From an uncultured bacterium (GTDB lineage: Bacteria; Auribacterota; Tritonobacteria; UBA1439), in contig CALLYX010000364.1 of NCBI GenBank assembly GCA_937858775.1, positions 1-54,029 on the forward strand: a stretch of DNA of 54,029 nucleotides, written 5' to 3'. Position 1 is the first letter of the stretch, and every line of letters starts with the position of its first letter. Made by a program: the position numbers and the translations under genes. The notes below the pieces were generated by a model. That model worked only from the letters and a program-made list of their open reading frames with translations, was not told where the DNA came from and made no database searches. Below are positions 25,551 through 34,256 of the stretch, piece after piece.

Positions 25551-26399
25551 ATGAGCATCCATCGCGCCGGGGAGCGCCTCCCCCCCACGCCTATCGACGC
25601 GATCAAGTTCGCCGTCCTCGACACCGAGACCACCGGACTCAACCCGGAGGAGGGGCACGAGATCATCGAGATCGGCATGGCTTGCTACGGGGCACGCGGC
25701 AAGATCTCCGCCACGTACGAAACACTCCTCCGCCCGACCCGCGCCCTCTCTCCGGGGGCGCTCGCCGTGAACAGGATCACCCCGGAACAGCTCGCTGACG
25801 CGCGCCCGATCGGCGAGAAGATCGACGAGATCCTCTCCTTCATCGGCAGGTCGGTCATCGCCGCCCACAACGTGAAGTTCGACATGACATTCCTCCACAC
25901 AGCGCTTCGCGCGCTCGGCCGCCCTGCCCTCGACAACTGGGCGATAGACACCATCGAGCTCAGCCGCCGACTATGGCCCGAGATGAAGTGCCACTGCCTG
26001 ATGTGCATGGCCCGCCGCCTCGACCTCCCGCACCGCGGGACGCACCGCGCGCTTCAGGACGTGTACGCCACCGTGGAGCTCCTCGACGCGATCATCTCCC
26101 GGATCAAGGAAGAGAAACGGCGCCCCACGCTCGCCGACCTTTCCCCGGCGCGCACCGACTTCACTTGGGGCCGGGGCGAGGCGTACGCGGCCCTTACACG
26201 CGATCTTGAATGCGCCATCCGCCGCGGATGGCCGGTGCACATCTTCCTCTACGACCGCGATACCTGCGTATTCGAGGAGAGAACCGTCGATCCCGTGCGT
26301 GTCGAGAACGGCAGTCTCTTCGCACGCGTATCCGGCGAGGACGCCGAACACGAGTTTCCCCTCATCAGCATAGCCAGGGCGCTGCCCACCCCCGCTTGA
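25551..26399 (+). CDS. DEDDh 3'-5' exonuclease (DnaQ/epsilon-like) fused to a WYL-like C-terminal domain
   Basis: Exo I is FAVLDTETTGL, Exo II is IAAHNVKFDMTFL, and Exo III is HRALQDVYATVELL. The C-terminal ~90 aa (AIRRGWPVHIFLYDRDTCVFEERTVDPVRVENGSLFARVSGEDAEHEFPLISI) follows the WYL-domain pattern, with SLF in place of WYL. An alternative GTG start lies at 25533. Confidence 0.75.
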   Translation: MSIHRAGERLPPTPIDAIKFAVLDTETTGLNPEEGHEIIEIGMACYGARGKISATYETLLRPTRALSPGALAVNRITPEQLADARPIGEKIDEILSFIGRSVIAAHNVKFDMTFLHTALRALGRPALDNWAIDTIELSRRLWPEMKCHCLMCMARRLDLPHRGTHRALQDVYATVELLDAIISRIKEEKRRPTLADLSPARTDFTWGRGEAYAALTRDLECAIRRGWPVHIFLYDRDTCVFEERTVDPVRVENGSLFARVSGEDAEHEFPLISIARALPTPA

Positions 26400-26844
26400 G
26401 CTTCTCCGGGCGCTTCTTCCTAATCCCCATGCTTCCCCGCCCGCGGCGGCCCCCTTCACCATGCGCACCCCTTTCCACGTTCTTTCTCACGCCCCCCCCG
26501 ATCCCGTGCCTCTCAAGCGCCGCCTCCCCGCTCCCCTTCCCCACCGCCTTCTCCAAACCCATCCGCCCCCGCATACCCACGGCACCCGGCAATCGCGCAC
26601 TTCACGCCGCGCGCGCCGACCGCCGCACCCCCTCAACCGTCGGCTCGACGCCGAGCCGCGCACATCGCACGCCCTCCATGCTCGAACCGCACTGCGCACG
26701 CCGGCGCAGGCGCCCTTTCCGCCCGAGGCGACGGAAAAATATACGCGGGTCTTCTACAGCGGGGCGACCTACGCGAATCCCGCCCCGGGCGCCCCGGCGG
26801 AGCGATTCACTGCGTTCTTCAAGCGGGCCGGATGAACCCGGCCC

Positions 26845-27468
26845 TTACGCCATTCCACGCCCCGTGTTCCGCCTCCCTCTCCTCATCCTCGAATCGGACA
26901 CCGCTTCGCACATCGATTTGTACGCGGTTGCGAGCCCCTCGTGCGTAGACGAGAACTGAACCGTGTTCTTTCGATCGATCGCGAGGGCATTTCCCGTGAC
27001 GAACGCGTCCTGGTTCGCTGCAAGGAAGATGAACTCCCATCCCCTCTTTTCCCGGCACTCCGCGATCATACCGGCGATCCGCTCGTATGTGTACTCCCGG
27101 CTGACGTTCTCCATCCCGTCCGTAAGAATCGACACAACGACCGTGTCCGGCCTCTCCGCCGGGGCGAGCCCGTCGATCCGCGCCCGCAGGCCGGCGAGCG
27201 TCCTTCCGACGGCGTCGAGGAGCGCCGTCGTCCCCGATGGGACATATGTCTCGTCGTCAAGCGGCCGGAAGCGCGACAGGGGCGCACCGTCGGCGACGAG
27301 CGCATACTCGTCGTTGAAGAGCACGAGCGTAAGGCGCGCGTCCCCGGGGAGTTTCTTCTGCTCATCCATGAACCTGTTAAAGCCGCCGATGGCGTCCTGC
27401 CGGATCGACTCCATTGACCCGGACCGGTCTATGATGCACACGATTTCGGCATGCGGTGACCGTACCAT
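26845..27468 (-). CDS. von Willebrand factor A (vWA) domain protein
   Basis: 207 aa from MVRSPHAEIVCIIDRSGSM (MIDAS DxSxS). Other motifs are GTTALLDAVG, VVSILTDGMEN and FIFLAANQDA. GGGAAAGCGAGGGAAAC lies upstream of the start. Confidence 0.8.
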   Translation of the reverse strand: MVRSPHAEIVCIIDRSGSMESIRQDAIGGFNRFMDEQKKLPGDARLTLVLFNDEYALVADGAPLSRFRPLDDETYVPSGTTALLDAVGRTLAGLRARIDGLAPAERPDTVVVSILTDGMENVSREYTYERIAGMIAECREKRGWEFIFLAANQDAFVTGNALAIDRKNTVQFSSTHEGLATAYKSMCEAVSDSRMRRGRRNTGRGMA

Positions 27469-27758
27469 GTTTCCCTCGCTTTCCCCCGCCGCGCCCCGCT
27501 GCCGGGCCGGCGGGCATTGCCCGCTCCCCGTTTCTCCCCTTCCCTCTGCACACCGGCTCCTCCCCGCGCCGTCATGGGGCATGGCGACATTGCCCATGCC
27601 TATCCGTGTTCACCTTATTAGTCGCAACGGACGGGAATTTATTACAAACTATTTCCACTATTCCGCTCAGGCGCCACAACACCCCCGAAAGGGGGTATAA
27701 TCGGCGGCGGCCGGCGTATGTCCGCCGAACGCAGCACCATCCTTGGGAATCGTTTTTG

Positions 27759-28328
27759 ATGAATTCGCGAAGCCTCAAGATACCTTGGGGGAAGAAAGAC
27801 CGGCGTCTCAGGCTGGTGCCGGCGGCCGAGCCCGCGCTGGAACAGGGGCCCTCACGCAAACCCGTTTGCATGTTGACATACTGCATATTCAAGGTGACCC
27901 TCCTCTCGCAGGGCGGTCGGACCTTGAGGCAGCGCCCCAGAGTAAAGATCCAGATAGCCGGCCGGAAAAGCCTCTACGGCTTTGCCCGATTCATCGTCGA
28001 GTCCTTCGGGTTCCTTTTCGACCATTGCTTCGCCTTCTACGATAACTTCGAGCGCCCCGAGCTCTCCAAGAGGGCGTACGAGCTATTCGTGGATATCGGA
28101 GAGATGCCCGTGGCCCCCAATGCGGTGGGAGTAAAAAAGACGAGGATCGACAGGGCATTAAGGAAACCGGGAGACCGGATGCTGTTCAAGTTCGACTACG
28201 GCCAAGACTGGCGCTTCGCGGTGGAGCTTCTGGAGATCACGCGCGCCAAAGAATGGGACCTCAAGCCGGTTGTCCTCGAGCGGACCGACAGGCCCCCGAT
28301 CCAGTACCCTCCTGAAGAAGAGCGATAA
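27759..28328 (+). CDS. pRiA4b ORF-3-like domain protein
   Basis: 189 aa. IFKVTL...IQIAGRKSLYGFARFIVESFGF..DHCFAFY...MLFKFDYGQDWRFAVELLEI resembles the PF07929 pattern (YxYDFGDxWxHxI). Recognised from memory only. Confidence 0.5.
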   Translation: MNSRSLKIPWGKKDRRLRLVPAAEPALEQGPSRKPVCMLTYCIFKVTLLSQGGRTLRQRPRVKIQIAGRKSLYGFARFIVESFGFLFDHCFAFYDNFERPELSKRAYELFVDIGEMPVAPNAVGVKKTRIDRALRKPGDRMLFKFDYGQDWRFAVELLEITRAKEWDLKPVVLERTDRPPIQYPPEEER

Positions 28329-28551
28329 ACGGGAAGCGGCGTCCCCCTCACCGCGTTAACTCATCTTGCGGAGGGGCTCGGATGCCGCGGCCATCCGTTT
28401 CGCCGCGCCGGATGCGGCAGGGAGAAGACGGCGGCGCGCCTTTCCCTTCGCCGATATATCGCGCCGAGCCGCTTGTCGCGTGGTATATTGATCATGGCGC
28501 GGCGTTTCTCCCGCCGGGATTCGGGGGCGCCCTGTCGGATGGGGTGGCAAG

Positions 28552-28977
28552 ATGAAGAAATGGTTTTACGCCGCCGCTATCCTTTCGGCCTCCTGTGCCT
28601 GGGCCGGCGATAGGGGCGGGAATTCCGGCACGCCGCAGAAGATGGATCGATCCGCCCCGTACTGGCACTCGTCGGAGACCGCCCCCTGGTATGATTCGTA
28701 CGGACGCCTCCGGCACGGCTACAAGGACGCCCCGATGAAGAGTCACCCAGCCGGCAAAGAGCCGTACTACTACTCGAGCGATAACTCCACATGGTACGAC
28801 TCGCAGGGGAGGTTGCGGCGCGGTCCTCAAGCGACCGATACGACAACATACAAGCCGGGAACCGAGCCATACTGGCACTACAGCGACAACTCCGCCTGGT
28901 ACGACTCCTACGGCAACCTGCGATACGGCCCCAAGGGCGTGCCGGCGGATGAATACCGAAAGGGCCTCGGCAAATAG
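28552..28977 (+). CDS. Small secreted protein with three 22-aa EPYW..S....WYDS.G.LR.G repeats
   Basis: The signal peptide is MKKWFYAAAILSASCAWAG. The repeats are APYWHSSETAPWYDSYGRLRHG, EPYYYSSDNSTWYDSQGRLRRG and EPYWHYSDNSAWYDSYGNLRYG. An extended -10 (TGGTATATT) lies about 65 nt upstream. Confidence 0.65.
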   Translation: MKKWFYAAAILSASCAWAGDRGGNSGTPQKMDRSAPYWHSSETAPWYDSYGRLRHGYKDAPMKSHPAGKEPYYYSSDNSTWYDSQGRLRRGPQATDTTTYKPGTEPYWHYSDNSAWYDSYGNLRYGPKGVPADEYRKGLGK

Positions 28978-29582
28978 CCCCCCCCGCCCTCAGGCCTGGA
29001 AGGCAGGGATAACTCGAAGCGCTCCCCGAACCAGTCGTCATCCCCAGCCGCGCGTCCCCCCGCAAGGCGTCTGACGGCGTCGAGAAGAACGCGCATTGCG
29101 GCCTCGTCCGGCCCGTACAGCGGGACGCGCCTCCGGGTCGCCTCTTCCCCCGGCTCGGCCCAGCGGGCGGCACGGCCCATCCGATGAGGCCCGTGCGGCT
29201 TTTAGAGACGCCACGAGAGGCCGAGGCGCTTCGTCAGCGCCTTGATCGAATCGACCGCGCGCCGGCCCGGATTCTAACCGGGCGGACGTCCCGGTGGAGA
29301 GCGAGATTAGATCGGGGGAAGAAGAGCTCTTCAATCCGCCCCGCCGCGGCGGTATCCGGGCACCATTCCTGCAACGGGCGCAGCTTTCTCTTTCCGGGCG
29401 GGGAATGGCGGCGGAGCGGCGTAGCGCGATACGCCGTCAGGCGCCCGCAGAGACCAGCCTCTCCTTCTCAGAGTCAGGGATGGCGGACAGACAGGGGGGA
29501 GGATCAGCACAGCGCCTCTCGAAGCCGCGCATACCCACGGACGGCCTCTCCATCCCACCCCGACACGCAAGCGTACGCTTCG

Positions 29583-30002
29583 TCATTCCACCACGGTGAC
29601 CGTATCGGTAACCACCGTGGGGCCTAGTTGCTGATACATCACGGGCGGCGCGTAGAAGGGGAGCGGCGCTGAGTACGCCGGGCCGTAGCAGTACGGCGCG
29701 GGATAGCAGGCAGGCCCCCAATATCCGCCGTACGCCTCGTATCCCCGGCTTATGGCGTACGCGGCGACGCCGGCCTGTAGCGCTGAATCGACAACATACG
29801 GCCAGGCCCTGCCATGCCAATATCCCCAGCCGGGCCGCCAACCCCAACCGCGATGGTAATGCCCGCCGCCCCAGCCACCGTGACGGTACCCGCCGTGCCA
29901 GCCGCCTCCATGCCGCCCGCCCCGGCCGTGGCCGCCTCCAAATGCAGCACCCCCGAGAAGGAGAATCGCCAATCCGAGTATGATGCCGAGACCCTTCTTC
30001 AT
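29583..30002 (-). CDS. Small secreted Gly/His/Trp/Tyr-rich low-complexity protein
   Basis: 139 aa from MKKGLGIILGLAILLLGGAAFG, with GAAAGGAGG upstream. It continues GGHGRGGRHGGGWHGGYRHGGWGGGHYHRGWGWRPGWGYWHG and ends in a Tyr/Pro-rich tail. Confidence 0.65.
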   Translation of the reverse strand: MKKGLGIILGLAILLLGGAAFGGGHGRGGRHGGGWHGGYRHGGWGGGHYHRGWGWRPGWGYWHGRAWPYVVDSALQAGVAAYAISRGYEAYGGYWGPACYPAPYCYGPAYSAPLPFYAPPVMYQQLGPTVVTDTVTVVE

Positions 30003-30305
30003 AACGCGCCTCCTTTCATTCCCGACGACATAGTAGGGAAGCACGCTCCATGCCAGCAGAGAGCCCGGCGCAGATAAGTTGTATAATCCTTTGCCCCGTA
30101 AGGTGATATGGCCTGAGTCTCGCAGGCGCCGCCATCTCTGCGGCTTGTCCCCTGTGCTCCATATCGTGACAGACGTGAATGCAAACAATACCCGCCGCTT
30201 CATCGGTATTCATCTTACGCCTTGCGCCGGTGCCCTATGAAACTCTCTCCCAGGGAGAGTTGCAACTACTTCCAAGCCCTTTTTACGGCCCAGATATCGT
30301 CTATC

Positions 30306-30965
30306 TCATTCCGCCACAGCAAGATATCCTCGTCCGCGCCCGATTTCCCAGTGCACAATAATGACCGCGGCCAAGGGCCGATCTATGGCAAATTGGCTGT
30401 AACCGCTTTGAAACACGTAGGATGGAGAACGTTGTATCAGTTGAATCTGCGCCCCGGGCACAATGCCCATGGCCATCATCTTTTGGATCTCGCGCCTCTT
30501 CCGTGTTGCCAGATAGACCACTGTCCCGTTGACGCCCGGCCGACCGTCGCATAGCGGCGTGATTTCCTTGATCTCGTCGGCGACAGCCCGTTCGCAGCAG
30601 AGCCCCGGAGGGATCGGCCTTCCGTGCGGGCATTTCCTGGGATGGCCGAGCAAAACGCAGATATGTTCATCGAGCCCATGGACGAATAGATGCTCGAACC
30701 GGCAGGCATCTTCGTGGAGATATTCCGGCTCCTCCCGGACCACGTTGCGGAGCAGGCATTCGGCCAATCGGTGGCGGCGGACGACATCGCGACCCGCGGT
30801 CCGACCCGGATCAGTGAGGCGGTACCCCCCTCCGACCCTTTCCACGAGCGCCAAGGCGAGCGCCTCCTCCAACGCGCGCCCCGTCTCCGGGCTTTCCGGC
30901 TCTTCCCTCCGCTCCACCTCCCGGAGATAGAGCCATTCGAGCGCCTCCTCGACCAGGGAATTCAT
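30306..30965 (-). CDS. DtxR/MntR-family metal-dependent regulator fused to a C-terminal FeoA domain
   Basis: The regulator part is VRRHRLAECLL...EDACRFEHL...GHPRKCPHGRPIP. The FeoA-like SH3 tail is GTVVYLATRKRREIQKMMAMGIVPGAQIQLIQRSPSYVF. Confidence 0.75.
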   Translation of the reverse strand: MNSLVEEALEWLYLREVERREEPESPETGRALEEALALALVERVGGGYRLTDPGRTAGRDVVRRHRLAECLLRNVVREEPEYLHEDACRFEHLFVHGLDEHICVLLGHPRKCPHGRPIPPGLCCERAVADEIKEITPLCDGRPGVNGTVVYLATRKRREIQKMMAMGIVPGAQIQLIQRSPSYVFQSGYSQFAIDRPLAAVIIVHWEIGRGRGYLAVAE

Positions 30966-31147
30966 CGCTGTCCTTCCTTTTTTCGGACCCTCTTTCGGAT
31001 CCATTTTATGAGGCCGGGTTCCTCCGGGGTCTCATAGCCGCAGCGCGGGCACTTGACCATCCGGCAGCCGCCGAACAGGGCGCACGACGAGCACAAACGG
31101 CGCGCGGCCATCTCATCAAACTCCATGCCGCAGAAGGCGCACTTCAT
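30962..31147 (-). CDS. Small zinc-ribbon protein (two Cys pairs plus extra Cys) between feoB and the DtxR-FeoA gene
   Basis: MKCAFCGMEF...LCSSCALFGGCRMVKCPRCGYETPEE, 61 aa. It overlaps both neighbours by 4 bp, which indicates translational coupling. Confidence 0.55.
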   Translation of the reverse strand: MKCAFCGMEFDEMAARRLCSSCALFGGCRMVKCPRCGYETPEEPGLIKWIRKRVRKKEGQR

Positions 31148-33156
31148 AGCGTGATCCCCAGGAGATTGAGCAGCGTGTTCGCCGCGAAACCGCCGGAGAA
31201 GGCCAGCACGAAGATCGCGCCGGACATAAGAAGCGTCATCTTCATGCCGCGCTCCTTCTTCATGATGAGGAATTGCGCGACGCACGGCAGAAACAGCGTG
31301 ATGGTTATGACCGCCACGGTGAGCTGGTTGCCGTTCAGCGCCCCGCTCTTCTGCAGGTCGTACAGCCCCGCCGCCCCGTAATCACGGCGGAAGAACCCGA
31401 AGAGGAACGCCGTGGACGCCTGATCGGGCAGGCCGATCCAGTTCACCAGCGGCGTCATCCCCTTGATGAGAAGATCGAAGAGGCCGGTGAAGCGCCCCAC
31501 CCAGATGAAGAGACTGGCCAGGATGAACAGCGGAAAGACCTCCTTGAAATACCACACCACACGCGTATAGGTCTTGATCGCGACATTCCCGAAGCTGGGC
31601 ACGCGGAGCGGCGGCAGCTCCATGTAGAAGCTCGGCCCCTCGCCGGGCAGCACCCTCGAGAGCAGCCCCCCCGCCGCGACGAACACGACGACCATGAAGC
31701 CGGCCCACGTCAGAAGCGCCGCGGGACGGCCCTGCAACAACCCCAGGATCACCCCAATCTGCGCGGAACATGGGATCGTCAAGGCCAGCAACAGCGTGAG
31801 GATGATCTTCTCGCGGCGGGTCTCCAGCGTGCGCGTCACCATCGTCGCCATCGTGTCGCAGCCGAAACCGAGAACCATCGGGATGACCGCGCGGCCAGTG
31901 AGGCCGATCTTCTTGAAGGCCCTGTCTATGAGCATGGCCATGCGCGGCAGATAACCGCTGTCCTCCAGGATCGAAAACGCGATGAAAAAGGTGCTTACAA
32001 TGGGCAAGATGATGGCGACGGCGTACCGGATGCCAAGCGTGACGATGCCATACTCCCCGACGAAGAGCTCCTGCAGCATCGGCCACGGAATAACCGCCTC
32101 TACAAAGCGCGTGACGGGGGGCGTGATATAGCCGCTGAAGACGGTCTCCTGGAGAAAGTCGACGAGGACCCCCGCCCCGAATGAGCCGACGAACTTGTAG
32201 AGCCCCGCGTAGAGCACCGCGAGGAGAACCGGCACGCCAATCACCGGGCGCATCAGCATCCGGCTCAACCGTTCCCGGACCCCGTTTGCCCGCGCGACGG
32301 GGAAAGTCGCGCAATCCGCGAGAATCTTCTCCACGCGCGCCTTCAGGGCGATGGCGGCGTAGTAGTGGACGGAATGCCTCAGGGCGCAGCGGGCCCGGCC
32401 CGCCAGGCGCAATACGCGCTCCGCCTTCGCGAGCTCTACGTTTTGACGCAGCCAGGCAAGACCTTCCTCCTCCTCCTGTAAGAGCAGGAGCGCGCGGGTG
32501 CGGGCCGAGATGCCGTTCCCGCCGGGGAGAATTTCGACGATCGAAACGACCGCTTCCTCCAGCGCGGCCCCGTAATTCGTCAGGACACGCGTCGCGGGCC
32601 GAACCGCGGATATCTGCCCGATCAGTTCGGGAATACCCCGGCCGGTGGTGGCGACGGTCTCGACAACGGGAACACCGAGGGTTTCCTGCAACTTCGCCGC
32701 GTCGATGCGGACGCCCAATCCCCGGGCCTCGTCGGCCATGTTGAGGGCCACGATCAATGGCAGGCCCGCCTCCGCCAATTGAAGCGACAGCCCCAGCATC
32801 CGCTGGATATTCTTGGCGTCGATGACGTGTATGACCGCGCGCGCCTCCTGTTGGACCAGCAGGGAGAACGAAACCCTCTCCTCGTCCGTTATGGGCGCGA
32901 GCGAATACATCCCCGGCGTGTCCACCACTTCGTACCGGCCATCCGCGGTCTTCAACACCCCCCGCGAGACGTCCACCGTGGTGCCCGGGTAGTTGGAGAC
33001 GGTCACGTATCTCCCCGTAAGCCGGTTGAACAGCAGGCTCTTGCCGACATTGGGGCTTCCCACCACCAGCACCTTGGGGAGCGTCGGGCCGGGGCCCGCG
33101 TCTTCCACGTGACACCCGCTCCCGGCCATCTTCGTCAGCAAACGCGTCACGCTCAT
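31144..33156 (-). CDS. feoB: Ferrous iron transporter FeoB
   Basis: 670 aa from MSVTRLL, with GGAGGA upstream. The G-domain motifs are VVGSPNVGKSLLFNRLTG, NYPGTTVD and DTPGMYSL. A polytopic membrane domain typical of FeoB follows. Confidence 0.9.
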   Translation of the reverse strand: MSVTRLLTKMAGSGCHVEDAGPGPTLPKVLVVGSPNVGKSLLFNRLTGRYVTVSNYPGTTVDVSRGVLKTADGRYEVVDTPGMYSLAPITDEERVSFSLLVQQEARAVIHVIDAKNIQRMLGLSLQLAEAGLPLIVALNMADEARGLGVRIDAAKLQETLGVPVVETVATTGRGIPELIGQISAVRPATRVLTNYGAALEEAVVSIVEILPGGNGISARTRALLLLQEEEEGLAWLRQNVELAKAERVLRLAGRARCALRHSVHYYAAIALKARVEKILADCATFPVARANGVRERLSRMLMRPVIGVPVLLAVLYAGLYKFVGSFGAGVLVDFLQETVFSGYITPPVTRFVEAVIPWPMLQELFVGEYGIVTLGIRYAVAIILPIVSTFFIAFSILEDSGYLPRMAMLIDRAFKKIGLTGRAVIPMVLGFGCDTMATMVTRTLETRREKIILTLLLALTIPCSAQIGVILGLLQGRPAALLTWAGFMVVVFVAAGGLLSRVLPGEGPSFYMELPPLRVPSFGNVAIKTYTRVVWYFKEVFPLFILASLFIWVGRFTGLFDLLIKGMTPLVNWIGLPDQASTAFLFGFFRRDYGAAGLYDLQKSGALNGNQLTVAVITITLFLPCVAQFLIMKKERGMKMTLLMSGAIFVLAFSGGFAANTLLNLLGITL

Positions 33157-33209
33157 CCGGCGATTCCTCCATATATATGAACAGTTGTTTGTCCCATGAC
33201 GTAAAAAAA

Positions 33210-33587
33210 TTACGCGCCGCGCACGTGGCGCATTCCTTCGGCGATCAAATTCCGGATATGCTGATCGTCCAGGCTGTAATAGGCCGCCTTTCCTTTTTTC
33301 CGATACTTCACAAGCCTCTGCCCCCGCAGAAGCCGGAGCTGATGGGATACCGCGGATCCGCTGACCCCGAGAATCTCCGCCAACTCGCACACGCAGAGCT
33401 CGTGCCTGGAAAGCGCGGTTATGATCTTCACCCTCGTCGGGTCGCTCAGCGAACGAAATATCTCAGCAAGCGCATGTATCGTGTCGCCGTCGGGAATCCC
33501 CTTAGAAGCCGTCTCGACATGCCGCGCGTCCACGCGAACGATCTCGCATACATCCACGTCTTGCCCCTTCCCGCCTGCCCTTCGCAT
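33210..33587 (-). CDS. ArsR/SmtB-family metalloregulator
   Basis: LAEIFRSLSDPTRVKIITALSRHELCVCELAEILGVSGSAVSHQLRLLRGQRLVKYRKKGKAAYYSL is a canonical ArsR HTH with the CVC metal site. The start is uncertain (alternative at 33626). Confidence 0.8.
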   Translation of the reverse strand: MRRAGGKGQDVDVCEIVRVDARHVETASKGIPDGDTIHALAEIFRSLSDPTRVKIITALSRHELCVCELAEILGVSGSAVSHQLRLLRGQRLVKYRKKGKAAYYSLDDQHIRNLIAEGMRHVRGA

Positions 33588-34256
33588 TCCCCTTCCTTTT
33601 CTTAGAATATGTGAACATATATTCATATCATGAGGGCGCCATGTCAAGAATCTTTTTTTATCTTCCCCCCCGGGCACTCCCCCCCGCGAAATGCCCGGTC
33701 TGCCCCTCCGCTGAGTATGCCCGATCCGGCAGCTTATAAGCTTTTTGGGGACGAAAATAGCTTCCAAGGCCTTGCCGGCGGTCCGAAATGTCTATCTCCA
33801 ACCGCCGCAACATGATATCGCGGCTCAATCCCAATTATCAACACACTCATCCCACCCGGTTCACGATCTACCGGTGTGTTCCCGCATCCCTGTCCCGATT
33901 GTCTTGGCTGGAGTTTTCCCAGTTTTCGGAGAAGAGGTGAAACGCACACATAAACCTGAGAAACCGGGGATACAATATCCCCAGTTTTGAGAATCGCAGG
34001 GCAAGGAATGAGCGCTCTAATCGGCCCCATTACAATGGATTACGTTCCACCTGGCCTGCTTCTCGAGGGCTGCACAAAGCAGTGTTCTTCCGATTCCTTG
34101 TAACGGCAAGTGCCCTTATTCAGAAATGACGGATTCCACTTCTTGAAAGTGCGAACCCGCGTCCTGCCAATATGCTATGACTTTCCATTGCTAAATAATG
34201 GGGAATGTCCCGATTGTCTTGGACATCCCCGGGAGGCGCACCTAAAATAGATTCGT

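Noticed and set aside
26819-26847. Hairpin GGGCCGG-ATGAAC-CCGGCCC as a bidirectional terminator after the vWA gene
   Set aside because: The stem is real, but no U-tract follows on either strand, and it is unclear whether any + strand gene ends here. The evidence is too weak to call.
28978-29582. ORFs 28908..29180 -, 29038..29334 - and 29184..29627 + in the 600-nt gap
   Set aside because: The plus-strand ORF uses rare codons for this genome (TTA, CTA, AGA). The minus-strand ORFs lack an RBS, and one overlaps the 3' end of the neighbouring gene by about 70 nt. None has a motif. 28908..29180 has reasonable GC3 but remains unsupported.
31273-33172. Long ORFs overlapping feoB (31382..33172 -, 31273..32184 +)
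   Set aside because: They are shadow frames. The FeoB frame has G-domain and permease motifs.
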